A stretch of DNA of 64,000 nt from positions 108,438,001 through 108,502,000 of the forward strand of contig OZ038378.1 in assembly GCA_964036045.1 (NCBI GenBank), given 5' to 3'. This document shows, in pieces, positions 24,780 to 37,729 of this stretch. Origin of the DNA: Eutreptiella sp. 'Long Island Sound 2002'. Its lineage: Eukaryota > Protista > Euglenida. How positions within the stretch are numbered: the first letter of the stretch is position 1; every line of letters starts with the position of its first letter. The position numbers were made by a program, and so were the translations under genes. A model generated the notes under the pieces. That model had not been told where the DNA came from, searched no databases, and saw only the letters and a list, made by a program, of their open reading frames with translations.

Positions 24780-27700
24780 TTGGAAATAGGTGTTTGTGTG
24801 GAAAATCTTCCCATAACAGATCCGGCATCAGTCATGTTCCCGCCGGTATTCCTTGAAGGAGAGCGGCGGATTACGGATCCTCCGCGGCGGTTTCCCCATT
24901 CCTCCAGGGGGTGCTGCTCTGCTCCACTTTGACTTGTCTTGCCCATGCTCCTTCGTGTTCTGCGCCGGAAAAGCAAAGAGGTGCGCTTCTACATGATCTT
25001 CTGGGGCCATACTCTCGCCCCTGGCGTCTCCCGAACTCCTGCCGCGATCATCTTGGACCTCTCGATGATGTCGATCTTCGCGGTGATCATGGTTTTCATG
25101 ATTGTGACGGTCTTTAATATGCGCTTCGTTTTTGCAGTTGAGCTTCAATTTGACGCTCACGTACTGGATGATGGAGTCCATGCTCATTCGCGCGGGTATC
25201 ATCTGCAATTTCAGCTTTTCCCCGTGCCTCCATTCGACGTTCTTTAGTTGAAGGAGGAGTCGTCCACCCGCGGTCTCCCCAAACACCCCCATGTACGAGG
25301 AATTCTTCAAAAAGATCATCCGCTCCGGCGCTCTGAGGTTCCGTCGGAAATATTCCATAATGCGACATGATGCGTACTGCCATGCGTTTCCTGGCCCGCT
25401 TCTTGTCCTCGTCTTCCACCCGTTTCTTCCAGTAGGCTGGAAGGACATCCCGCAAGAGATTGCGAATGTCATCCGATTCCGACCAATCCTCAACTTGCTT
25501 TATAAGTCGGCGGTACTTTCGAAGATAACTCCTCCACTCCGTCAACTGCAACTCCCCTCGTTCTAATTTGAGAGGTATTTCCCGTAAGTCATCGAGCTTT
25601 TGGTCGGGGGTGTCCAACCTTTCTTTTTGCTCCAACCAGTCCAAACACTGCTCCTCGGTACGGATCTAGTTCTCCCGAATGGCGTCACGCAAATCCGCCT
25701 TCAACTCCGGGGCCAAACGGTGTGGGAAAGTATGACATGCCCATTTGTCTCGAGCATCCGATGTGAACCGCATCTCACGAACACCTTCCTCGGCAAAGTC
25801 TTCCCAATCCAGGATGAAATGGTCCAGGTTGGCGGGGTTGGCGTTGTAATGGGGTATTTTCACACCCTGGAGGTCGTCGATACTTACAGCATCTCTAATA
25901 TCTGAAGCACTGACGCCCCGGAGACGGATACTTCCACCACCCTTATTGCCCGGAGAGTGGGAGTAGACTCCTGGGATCTCCATGTCTTCTCGCGGTTCAG
26001 ATTTGGTTTCTCCCATGCTCGGACCGACCATGGTCCATATGCTCGACCGAGGATGTTGCACCCATGATTCGCCAATTGATCCTCCACGTATTTCCGAATC
26101 CATTTCAGCGACCCGGCACTCATACGCTGCACGAGCATCGGACGTCCGAGCGGCTAACGGGCGGCTCATGTCAATCTCAACTGTCTCTTCACGGGTATCA
26201 CGCTTGGGCATACCTATCCCCGAGCCTTTTTCGGCGTCTTTTCTCCCAACATGACACTGGCCGAGAAAGGTGGGATGTGCCAAAACAATGAGGGGTCGAC
26301 CCGTGGCAGACCGTATGGTGCCGACTCCATTGGACCCTCCATGGACCCCACTCCTTCTACGGCTGTCCTCACTGTTGTCAGCCGCCTCACCAAAGACTCT
26401 GGGGCAGGATCCCGTGGTGGATCGGGACGTGGTGCCGGGACCCCTTCACGCCTCTCCAACTCCTTCATCATCTCCTCGACATTCTCCAGGTACTTGATCA
26501 TTTAGTCCATTAGTTTCTGCTGCTGTACCAGCATTGTCTCCAGCTTGGCCTCGGAGTCCTCTTGATGTGATCGGATACTCTTCAGAGTGTTGTCAAAGAT
26601 GGCCTGGTCCTCGAGAATTTCACCCGTGGTGTCGTCCAACTTGTCGATCATTTGAAACATGGCATCTTTGCCCACCCGGGATTAACTCCCGATGAGGAAG
26701 TCTACATGTCGGCAATGGCAGTGATCTTCACGCGCCCCGTCCCCGCACGCCACTTCCCTGGCGTCCTCGTGCGGATGCCGACCATCTTCTTCTCGGTCCC
26801 GGCCATCCCGCAGCGGACATCCCGGAGCTCCTCGCTCCTCTCTTCCGCCCATCACGGTGTCGCCCGTCCCGTCACCATCCATCCTTCCTGCCTCCCCTCC
26901 CATCATACAGAACTCGGTATGCCTTGGGACTCTTGTTGTTGCCGACCTTCGCGGCAAGGTTTCTCGTTCTGCATCATGATCAAGTTTAGGGTTTGGGGTT
27001 GTGTGTGATCGCCCCACCGGGAAATCTGGCTCCGCGCCGTCAACATCTGAAGGGTAACCAGTCTGATATCCCCGGAGTCCGACGGAGCACTGAACATCCG
27101 GCGGACAGGGCTCGGCGTCATTTACATTGCCGATTTCGCATCCTTCTTGGACGGTTTTGGCCAACTGCTTTTGTGTTAGCGCCAGGCCTTTGAGCCACTG
27201 CTGCAGCTCGTGACCTCCTCGTCCGATTCCTCTTCGGGTACTCGGAGATGACATAGTTTTGAGCATACGCCTTCACAAAAAGAGACGATGTACTCCATGT
27301 CGTGGACGGTATCAACTCTTCTTCCCGAATGCCTTCCCTATTCTCGGTCTTCAACCACCAACTCTCGGATGTCGTCATTGGTGGTTACCCCGGTCCGGTT
27401 GGGCAGGGCTCATGAGGGCTGAAGCTCCCCGGGCGGTACTTTCGAAGATAACTCCTCCACTCCGTCAACTGCAACTCCCCTCGTTCTAATTTGAGAGGTA
27501 TTTATGTAAGTCATCGAGCTTTTGGTCGGGGGTGTCCAACCTTTCTTTTTGCTCCAACCAGTCCAAACACTGCTCCTCGGTACGGATCTAGTTCTCCCGA
27601 ATGGCGTCACGCAAATCCGCCTTCAACTCCGGGGCCAAACGGTGTGGGAAAGTATGACATGCCCATTTGTCTCGAGCATCCGATCTGAACCGCATCTCAC

Positions 27701-29370
27701 GAACACCTTCCTCGGCAAAGTCTTCCCAATCCAGGATGAAATGGTCCAGGTTGGCGGGGTTGGCGTTGTAATGGGGTATTTTCACACCCTGGAGGTCGTC
27801 GATACTTACAGCATCTCTAATATCTGAAGCACTGACGCCCCGGAGACGGATACTTCCACCACCCTTATTGCCCGGAGAGTGGGAGTAGACTCCTGGGATC
27901 TCCATGTCTTCTCGCGGTTCAGATTTGGTTTCTCCCATGCTCGGACCGACCATGGTCCATATGCTCGACCGAGGATGTTGCACCCATGATTCGCCAATTG
28001 ATCCTCCACGTATTTCCGAATCCATTTCAGCGACCCGGCACTCATACGCTGCACGAGCATCAGACGTCCGAGCGGCTAACGGGCGGCTCATGTCAATCTC
28101 AACTGTCTCTTCACGGGTATCACGCTTGGGCATAACTATCCCCGAGCCTTTTTCGGCGTCTTTTCTCCCAACATGACACTGGCCGAGAAAGGTGGGATGT
28201 GCCAAAACAATGAGGGGTCGACCCGTGGCAGACCGTATGGTGCCGACTCCATTGGACCCTCCATGGACCCCACTCCTTCTACGGCTGTCCTCACTGTTGT
28301 CAGCCGCCTCACCAAAGACTCTGGGGCAGGATCCCGTGGTGGATCGGGACGTGGTGCCGGGACGCCTTCACGCCTCTCCAACTCCTTCATCATCTCCTCG
28401 ACATTCTCCAGGTACTTGATCATTTAGTCCATTAGTTTCTGCTGCTGTACCAGCATTGTCTCCAGCTTGGCCTCGGAGTCCTCTTGATGTGATCGGATAC
28501 TCTTCAGAGTGTTGTCAAAGATGGCCTGGTCCTCGAGAATTTCACCCGTGGTGTCGTCCAACTTGTCGATCATTTGAAAAATGGCATCTTTGCCCACCCG
28601 GGGTTAACTCCCGATGAGGAAGTCTACATGCCGGCAATGGCAGTGATCTTCACGCGCCCCGTCCCCGCACGCCACTTCCCTGGCGTCCTCGTGCGGATGC
28701 CGACCATCTTCTTCTCGGTCCTGGCCATCCCGCAGCGGACATCCCGGAGCTCCTCGCTCCTCTCTTCCGCCCATCACGGTGTCGCCCGTCCCGTCACCAT
28801 CCATCCTTCCTGCCTCCCCTCCCATCATACAGAACTCGGTATGCCTTGGGACTCTTGTTGTTGCCGACCTTCGCGGCAAGGTTTCTCGTTCTGCATCATG
28901 ATAAAGTTTAGGGTTTGGGGTTGTGTGTGATCGCCCCACCGGGAAATCTGGCTCCGCGCCGTCAACATCCGAAGGGTAATTAGTCTGATATCCCCGGAGT
29001 CCGACGGAGCACTGAACATCCGGCAGACAGGGCTCGGCGTCATTTACATTGCTGATTTCGCATCCTTCTTGGACGGTTTTGGCCAACTGCTTTTGTGTTA
29101 GCGCCAGGCCTTTGAGCCACTGCTGCAGCTCGTGACCTCCTCGTCCCATTCCTTTTCGGGTACTCGGAGATGACATAGTTTTGAGCATACGCCTTCACAA
29201 AAAGAGACGATGTACTCCATGTCGTCGACGGTATCAACTCTTCTTCCCGAATGCCTTCCCTATTCTCGGTCTTCAACCACCAACTCTCGGATGTCGTCAT
29301 TGGTGGTTACCCCAGTCCACTTGGGCAGGGCTCATGAGGGCTGAAGCTCCCCGGGTGACAGTAGGCGGCA
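24780..29370 (-). pseudogene. gag: G2 gag region including a tandem duplication
   Basis: KIPHYNANPANLDHFILDWEDFAEE...; C-terminal CRIC knuckle remnant near 24800; located between PBS and protease. Confidence 0.75.
25509..29354. repeat. Tandem duplication, two units of ~1922 bp
   Basis: ORF-track offsets of 1922 (25600/27522, 25666/27588, 26214/28136, 27118/29040); near-identical sequence. Confidence 0.95.
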
Positions 29371-29388
29371 GGTAACCCTCTGCTATCA
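29371..29388 (-). other. Primer-binding site of G2 (initiator tRNA-Met-like)
   Basis: Minus strand TGATAGCAGAGGGTTACC, one mismatch from the TGGTAGCAGAG iMet-type PBS, adjacent to the 5' LTR. Confidence 0.75.
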
Positions 29389-29389
29389 T

Positions 29390-32151
29390 AGATAAGGTCC
29401 GTAGGACCAGCCCCTGCCATTGTGGGGGCTCTACAGCCAATTCCTGATCTTCCCACCTTTCTCCCGATGACACCCATTGTCCTAGATTTCACCAATGCTT
29501 CCATTCTTTCCAATCACCAATTTCGAAATTACAAAAATGTCCCAAAAACACACCCCTTGGCAACCCTTGGCAAGGAAATCCAAATATGTGATCCATCAAT
29601 TCAAATTGAGGGGAGTGTTGAGGACGGAGGCACTTGGGTCCGTCAAAACATGAAAGTCGTGGAGAAGGGAACAAACAATGACAATGTCGGGCAGAGGCGC
29701 TGAGAGGTGGAAATCAGAGATGAAGCCCCGGAAGAAGATATGCAATTATCGAAGACAATGTTGCATCCCTGCTCCAAGATTCGATTTATAGACCATGCAC
29801 ACTCAAACTATGCGTTCCGTTATGGACGTATGATGCCATGCCCGCACAATCCCGACACAACAGCTTGACAAATTCATTGGGTCAGGAATGATCAGGCATG
29901 ACACAACGACATGAATACGGTCAATTATATGCATGGCAACACACGAAGAAAAGCATATAAAACACAATGGCCTCATTGGGATCCTCGCCAAGCTTGGGCA
30001 CACATGGCCCATCGTTACTCTTGCCCACAAGACAGTAAAATGGAGTAACCATCATGGGTTCCAAACATAAGTAATGTTGTCACCGTTGATCAACCATGAC
30101 ACCATGGCCCCCATGAACACAAAGCACGGCATGGCCACATACATGACTTGCCCACCCTCATGAGGTCACCAATGTGCACGTATGAAGAACTTGCTTTGAG
30201 GCTAACTAAATATGAGTCGGGAGAAAGACCTCACGGAAATGGCAAACACTACTTGTCACCTGGCATGTGTGACATATATATTGTCATGATGGCAATGCTT
30301 CGGTACTCCACACCGGACGCCGGGTGCCCGTCACTCAGCGATGTCATACACCATGGCCAGCACGTGAATAGGCTTGACCGGTTTACTTGCCCCTTGCAAA
30401 GAAGACTCCAAGAAGGGCCAGCCCACCAAGCCTCACATGTTTACGGTGTGCTACATACCAATTGCTGGGCTCCCCACGGTTAGAGTGTCGCAAACCTAAG
30501 ACATGAGTAGAAAAGCCAACGCACAACATATGTCTCATGCCCTCACATCCTTGGACATGCCACTGGGTCCGATCACTTGGTGCCTAATTGCTTGGGACCC
30601 GATGGCAGAGGCAAACGCAATGGTCATGTGCATTGGAAACCATCCACACATGAACAAGTGAAATCCATATTGCCTATTTGCATGTTTGTGGGACACCGAA
30701 CGAATTCAATGCATGCTACTTCGAGAGGGATTGGGTAAGAAGTTTGGATAAGCAAATGCCCCGGGTCACATGTAGAGACCTAGACCCGGCCCGCAGAGTG
30801 AGTGCACAAAGAGAGGTCTCCCGGGTCCATTGAGAGCACATCCATGTGGGATTGTCCCAAAGAGGAGTAGTCCTGACTCGAAGAGAGATGGTCCCGCCCC
30901 AATCCAGGGCTTGAGAGAAATGATCCCGCCCCAATCCATGCCCGGAGAGAGAACCTAAGCAATCCATGGCCAGCAAGGGAGAACCTAACCGATCCATGGC
31001 CAAGGAGGAAGAGCCTAACCAATCCATTGCCCAGGAGAGAACCTCACCAAAGCTGAATCCTGAGAGCATGCATATGGAGGGAGAGTTTCGTCTAGCCATC
31101 ACCTAGGATTTTATGGGGTCCAAAAATCCCAAAACCAGCTACAGTCAGAAATACTACTTTTTTTGTCAAATTATACCATAAAGACCATTCCTGCAGACGG
31201 AGTGAGGATCCCCAACCTTCACCGACGATTGTTCCTATATCCAATTGCCAAATTAAGTGACCTCATGCCCTATTGCTTGCTGCCAAGAGAAGGATAGTGG
31301 ATCACCAACCATGTTTGATCAATGAGATGAATTCACCGAAGGTCGCCGGAGTAAGACGGCAAATGAGAGGTTAACAACCAGGGCATAAGTGCAGTTCTCA
31401 TCCTTTAGCATGTTCACCCATTGCACGTGCACACATCATGTTCAACACACACAATCACCAAAGATTAACCCTCCTTGATTCCATGGGAGATCAAGTTGTC
31501 ATGACACATGGAAAAGCAAACAAATGATAAACGAAGGAATGAGGAATTGCTTTGCCTTGCGGAGCAATGACCAAGTTACATGCTTCCCTTTGGGTGCGCC
31601 TACCTCAGCCACATCCACTCCAACTTCACTTCCACTAGGGCTCCTCCAGCTTCAAGGGACTTGTGGTCCCCCATGACCGTAGGCGTTGCACTGCCGAAGC
31701 AGATGCGCCCATTAACGTTCACCAGTCTCCCCTCAAGTGCAGTGATGCACCTAAGGCTGACAGCCGGTGTGGGTGGAGGCACCACAGCAGGGTTTAGCCA
31801 GACCCTTAACCCCGGGCCTTCTATCATCCACTGCAGTTGCCCTAGCTGCCGATTTGTTTCCATTTCTGTAACAGGATAGGACTAACACTTTTAGCACCTG
31901 TTGGGAAGAGTTTTCAGACGATCGGCCCGCATTAAAGAACACAGAGCACACACACGCCAACAGGAACACGAGAAGGGGGCGCGCACACAAGGCAGCCCTG
32001 GTCAGAACTAGAAATGAGAAATTCGGCATCCCGTGAGTTATAAATAATATAAATTTGGAATTCCCCTGAATTTATGCCAGAAAACTGCTGAAATCGCTGA
32101 AATTGGTGAAGTGTAGGATAGAGTGCAGCAAAAGCTGGTTTCGCGCGGTCA
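29390..32151 (-). repeat. G2 5' LTR (~2.76 kb)
   Basis: Begins TGACCG on the minus strand at 32151; colinear with 7390-10048; ~80-bp extra segment near 31100-31185. Confidence 0.8.
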
Positions 32152-32429
32152 TGGGTAAGGGGGGTGGGTCTGTCCCCTGTCCCCCCGCCACTGCGGTGTC
32201 GGTTGAGTGGTGGCGGGTTTAACGTTCCGGTGGCAGTTTGTGTGGGTGGGCCGCCACTGGCGGGGGAGGGGGGGGGGGTTGTACCGACAGGCGTGTGGAG
32301 GCCTCTAGCCCGTGCTCGGTGGGCTGGTGGGTGTTGTCCCACGGCTGCGGGCGCCTTTCTCTCCTTTCCGGGCTGTGAGGCGGCTTGAGCGGGTTAGACC
32401 CATGGTTAGCGTCCCTTGGCTTGGTGCCC

Positions 32430-32700
32430 TGGTGTTTTGTGCTGTGTTGTGCTGTGTTTTGCCTTGCTGCGCCGCGCCCTTCTGCAATGTGCTGCGGTGT
32501 GCCCTGCTCTGCCGTGCCGCGCAGTGTCGTGTCGTGCCGTGGTGTGTCCTGCCGTCACGTGGCGAATTGTGCTGTGCTGTACCGTGCCACGCTGTGTTAT
32601 GCTGTGCTGTGTTGCGCCCCGGTGAGCATCGGTGGTGTGCTGTGCTGCGGTATGTTGTGCTGCGTCGTGTTGTGACGTGCTTTGCTGTGCTATGGTGTGT
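32430..32700. repeat. Degenerate (TGTGC)n/(TGCCG)n pentamer microsatellite
   Basis: Repeated gtgctgtgttgtgctgtg-type units. Confidence 0.75.
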
Positions 32701-34689
32701 GGTCGGTCCATCGTACCTCCGGTCTGGCGTCGGGTGGCGTCGGCGCTCGTTAGACTGGTGGCCTTGTTGTGTGGGACGCGGGCTGAGGTTATCTGGCTGG
32801 CTTGTGGCTGGGGAGCGTGATTTGGCGTGGTGCAGCTCGCTGAGTCTATGTTGCGGTGGTCTGGGTGTGCCGTTCGGTCTGGTGGGCCAAGCGGGTGTCC
32901 GCGTGGTTGCCCTCCCTAGGGGGCTGTGCCTTGGTCCCGTGAGCTCTGAGGGTTCCCGTCCCCAGGGATGGGCTGGGTTCTGTGGGGATTGTTGGGGTGG
33001 TCCCCTCGGCTGGGTTGGGTCCCCTCCGATCCCTCCCCTCTGCCTCCGTGTCGTTCCCCGTCCTTGGTGCCGCGGCGGTGTCCCCTGTTTTTTCGGCGCC
33101 CGGAAGTTCTTGTGCGCTGTTGCGTTGCGTGGTGCTATCCGCGTTTCCCTAAGTGTGTGTATCCCCCTTCCCCTGTGTTGGTGTACTCTCGCTCCCCTGT
33201 GCGGAGACAGGTGGTCGGTGCGCGCGACCCGGTGTGGTTCGTGCCGTGTCAGGTCTGTGCTGCGGCGGCGCGTCTTGGCGGGCGTGCGCCTCCGGGTTGG
33301 TCGGCCTTGTGCCTAGGTGTGGCGGTGTCCCTTGGGGGTCTCACGGTGTCAACCAGGTGCAGAGGTGGGGCGCTGCAGATCCCTCTGGTGTGGTGTGCCC
33401 CTGCTTCGTTGTGCGCGTCCTGGTTCCCGTCGTCATGCCCTCTCCCCCAGTGATGTGGCCCCTGGCCTTTCCTTTTCCCCTTGTTGGTGATCCTTCGGTG
33501 GTTCCTTGCCCCCGTGTTGTTTTGGCCCCGATGACCTGTCCCGGTGGGTGACTGCCTGTTACCTTGGGCTCCTCCTCGCCCTCTTGCGCCCGGCTTTCCC
33601 TTTGCCCTTTCTCTTTCCGGTGTGCTGTTGGTTGGTTGGAGGCGAGGTCTGTGGGGCGCCCATGGCCCATGCCTGGGGCCCGGTGGTCTGGAGCCGGGTG
33701 CGGAGGGTTTCGGGGGTGTAGGGGTGGCGGAGGCCCTGGATAAGGTCCTGGAGGAGGGCTTCCCTTGCCCTCTGCGGCATGGCGGCCTCAGGGGCGGGGT
33801 CATCAGGGTCGGCGGGGGTGCGGATGAGGACTTCCTGGAAAGTGCGGAATGAGTGACGCCCTTCACGCCTTCCCGTTCCCCCAGCCCACTTCACCGAGTG
33901 GCGAATCTACTGCAGGGCGGGGTCAGACTACCAGGCGAGGTGGGCGGGGACCAGGGGGAGGTAGGGCTCCGAGCTCCAGGTCCTGGAGCGGCGCTGGCGG
34001 GAGCTCGGGGTGGAGGAGGCGTATCGGTAGCGCGGGGAACGGGAGGCACAGTGGCGTTCCTGGGGGGAGGGTGGCGCAAATATGGGACGGCGGTGGCGCG
34101 TTTGGTGGCGCTCGGGTGAGTGAGAATGGCGGTCGCGGGCTCCCGGGGGGTCACAGCGGCACCTCGGGGAGCGGCAGCGGAGCAAGTGAGTTGGTGTGGC
34201 GCGGTGGCCCTGCGGGGAGCGTGAGAGTCGGGGGCGGGAGCTTTGCGTGGGGTGGGTGTGGGAGCGTCGCCGTCTGCGGAATCGGGCCTCGTCGCGGGAC
34301 GAGTAGGGCCAGTCAGGAGGCGTCGGTGGGGACTGAGGGGCCTCCTGTGGTGCCACCTTGTACTGGCGGGGGGGAGTCCCCCACCCTCCATGGATCTGCC
34401 GCGTAGGGGCGTGGCGCCGGCTGAGGTGGATGCGGCGGCGGTGGCGGCAGGTGGTACGGGTCCAGTGGTTGTTTGGGGGGTTGTCACGGGTGGGGGTGGC
34501 GCCAGGGGGCCCCTCTGGCGTGGACGTGGTGGCCGGGTGGATACGATTCTTGATAGGGGGGGGGTGCAGTCCCTGGTGGGTTAGTGGGCCGGAACGTCTG
34601 GTGGGTGGTGCTGCCATCCCATGCGCTGGTGCTGTTCGTGCAAGTAGGGTTCTGGCCCGGTGGGGTAGGGTTGTGGGCAGTGGTATTGG

Positions 34690-35280
34690 TGGTGGTGGGA
34701 GTGGTGCTGGGGAGGTTGTTGGGGCTGGTGGTTGGTGGTGGTGGTGGTGGTGGCGGGAGGGCTGGTGGCGGTGGCGCTGTTGGTGGTGGGGATGGTGCTG
34801 TGGGTATGCCCCTGGGATCCCTTGGCGTTCCGGTGGGGCTTGGGGGTCGGGCATCGTTTGCAGCCCTGGGGGCTGTACGGCTTGGTGGATAATGGGGGCG
34901 GGTTGGGAACTTGGCTTGACAGCGACCGAGGCCGAGGGGTCCCACGTTCCCGGGTCGGTCTGGCCGGCGGTGGTGGTTGTTTGTTGAGGGTGGATAATGG
35001 AGCGCTTGGAGATGGAGATGTGGACGAGGGTTTGGACGGGGTCGGGCTGTGTGGCCGCCTCCATGGTGGCGACTCTTGCTGGGGGGAGGGGGGCTTGAGA
35101 TGCGTGCGTGCGGGGTCCTGGCTTGGGTTTGGGCTAGGGTTTGGGTTAGGCCGGGGCCGCTTCTGCTGCCGTTTCGCCTTTTGTGATTTTGGGGCTTTGT
35201 TGGGTGGTGCGGGTGGTGTTGGTGTTGTTGTTGATGTTTGTGGTGCTGGTGGTGCTGTTGCGGGTGGCATTGTCGTTTGG
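34690..35280. repeat. (GGT)n/(GTT)n trinucleotide runs (Pro/His/Thr/Gln-rich on the minus strand)
   Basis: Runs near 34730-34800 and 35210-35270. Confidence 0.7.
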
Positions 35281-36249
35281 GTTCCGGTTTTGATTTGGGG
35301 TCGGGTTTTTGGTTTGGGTCCGGTTCGAGGTTGAGGAGGACCTCTTCGCGGAGGTTTGAGGGCACCGTAGTGCGTGGGGGGGGCTCCAGGTGTGCTGCCA
35401 GGGTGCCTGTGACGGGGTCGGGGGGCCTACGACAGCTTGGCGTGCGGCTGCAGCTTTGACTTTGGCCGTGGCCTTGTGCATGAGGTCGGCGGGGAGGGGG
35501 GGGTCGTCGGAGGAGGTGGAGGACGTTGATGAGCATGAGGATCAGGAGGAAGTGGTTGTTTTGGGGGATGTGGGTTGTGCTGCCATGCTTGGGGGGGCGG
35601 CTTTGTGGGCCGTGACGGCCTCCGCTGCGGCCAGTGTGGGAGGGTGGAGGGCATCTCGTCGGGCTGCAGGCTGGGGGCGGGTGGCTGGAGGGGCCCGGCC
35701 GTGACCTTGTTCAGCGGTGGGCGGGGGAGGCGCAGGGCTGCAGTATCAACCTTCCAGGATCGGCTCGGCTGGGCGTCTGCAATGCCTGAGGCCCTGCGGT
35801 TCGGCGTCCGTTGGGGGGACAAGTCCGCGTGGGCTGCATTTGAGGGCCTGGGGGGTTGGGCCTTGCGTTTCGTGGGTGTGTCTGGTGGTGGTGATGTGGT
35901 TCACTGGGTGGTGTGGGTGTGCGGTGTGGCGTGGGGCTCTTTGCGGTGAGTGAGTGTAGGACGGTGAGGGGTTTTTGGCTGGAGGGTCTGTGGCGGGTGT
36001 GTGTGGGGGGTCGGGCCGATGGGGGAGGCCCGTGTCGCGGGGCCCGGGGCTGCGCGCAATGGTGGGCGTGTGTGGGCCGCTGGGTGGGAAACGAGGAGGG
36101 AAGGGCAGCGGCAGGGGCAGAGTGAGGGGGTGTGGGGCTGGGTTCGCGTGTGCGGTGTGGTTGTACGTGTCCGCTTGCAGCAGCGCACCTGTGTGGTCTC
36201 TTGTAGGCCGGGAGATATGGAGGAGAAGCCTGCCGTTTTCTGCGGCTGC

Positions 36250-37110
36250 GGCAAGGATTTCTCAGACGAGTGTGCGTATTTGGTGGACCTCTTGGTCGGT
36301 GGCGGGAAGAGGGTACTGTAGGGGTGGACTAAGGTGCATGCGCCGGGGGACCCTGTGGATGACGTGGTACCCGCAGGTGTGGGAGTGGTGTGGATTGGGG
36401 AGGGCCCCTTCCGAGTGTCGGGGCCCGCCTCAACGTGTGTGTTGGCGGTGGGGATGGCCCAGATCCAGGGCAAGGTCCCTGTGGACGGCCACTGGCGCTT
36501 GATCCAGCGGGACACGCCGAGCATGGCTGGTCCCAGGTGGTAGCCCGCTTGCCTGGTGCTTATTTGGGCCAGGGCGCGAGCCGGGGCTTGGTCACCGGCT
36601 GGAGGATGCCCCTGAGGACCTTGTACGGGACCGGTGGGGTCCCCTATTGCCCCTGGTGCGGGGGCCCTTGGGTGAGCATGGTGTCGGTCCCCTTGATGAC
36701 CCATTGCTGGCTGGGGGACGTTGCTGTGGCAGCCACTACGTAGTAGTGCCCCTCCTCAAGGACTGTGCACCAGACCTCCAGCGGGGGGTGGTTGATGTCT
36801 CTAGGGGGGGGGCGGGGAGGTTGCGGAGGCCGGCGGCGCGGAGAGCGGTGTTGCGGGTTGGTGCAGTGGCGTGTTCCCACTGTACCGAACAGCTCGGGTT
36901 CGCCGGGTGGTCTTTCTCTGCTGGGTCTCGCCGTAGGCGTGTGGTTCCCCGGCGTGTGACGTTGTGCGTCAGGGCCTGGCCCCACTCGATGGGGGGCATC
37001 CAGATGTGCTGATCTTGGGTTTGATGGCGGGCTCTCCAGAGGACGGAGTCTACGATGGCCTCGTGGAGGCCTTGCCCCGGGTTTGCTAGGTCCAAGAGGG
37101 CCTTGCCGGT
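36250..37110 (-). pseudogene. Ulp1/SENP (peptidase C48)-like cysteine protease domain, complete copy
   Basis: LANPGQGLHEAIVDSVL; VWCTVLEEGHYYVV (His 36746-36748); WVIKGTD (Asp 36683-36685); TCGYHVI (Cys 36373-36375); TDQEVHQIRTLV. Confidence 0.7.
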
Positions 37111-37729
37111 GATCTTCGTCCAGCTCTCTTGCACCTCTCATAGCGGCCTCCTTGATCAGGGGATCCCTGAAGAGCTATTCGGTCGCGTGGTTTTCGTGGC
37201 TGTGGGTCGGCCAGCTTTTGCTTTGCTGTAGGGCTTCCGCCAGGGACCAGTGCACTAAACTGTCCCTGCCTGTATGGAGGGGGCATATCTTGAAGTGTTC
37301 CCAGTTCTCCGGGGTGGTGTCGTCGCATGAGCAGCGGGTGTGTTCTTCGGGGACGTGGATGTGCTTGTGGGCGAGCCAGCGGGCGACCGTGGTGAGGAGT
37401 GTCAGTTGTTCCCTGAGGAGCTGGATTGGTTCTTTTCTGCAGGTGGGCTGGAACGCACGTCGGGCGTAGCACGGAGTGGTGGAAGGGGACTTTCAGCTTC
37501 TTCTGGAGCTCTTGGATGTGTGCTCGGCTGTCCGTGTCTCCGAGCACGTGGGCGAGATGTTGGATGAGGTTGGGGTAATGGTATGCTCTGTCCTGTGACG
37601 TATAGGGGGCGTCCTCCGGTACCCAGTCCGGGGTCCGATGGGGTTCCAGCTTGGGGTATATGTCTTGGAGGTGTTTGTGGTTGCGGTCCAGGTCTGGCAC
37701 CTTGAGGGTCGGTAGGTGTGTAGTGCGCT

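Larger units (their letters stand above)
7390..32151 (-). mobile_element. Ty3/Gypsy chromodomain retrotransposon G2 with ~2.7-kb LTRs, carrying LINE-A and a gag duplication
   Basis: Direct repeats at 7390-10048 and ~29390-32151; PBS, gag, PR, RT, RH, IN, CHD and PPT in canonical order on the minus strand. No clean TSD; the outer end of the left LTR looks eroded. Confidence 0.85.

Noticed and set aside
35124-35150. Telomere-like GGGTTT/GGGTTA run
   Set aside because: Only about four degenerate units, matching a Pro-Asn/Ser repeat frame in the LINE-C low-complexity region.
32312-36125. Many long plus-strand Gly/Val/Cys/Trp-rich ORFs in the track
   Set aside because: They are shadows of G/T-rich low-complexity sequence antisense to LINE-C.
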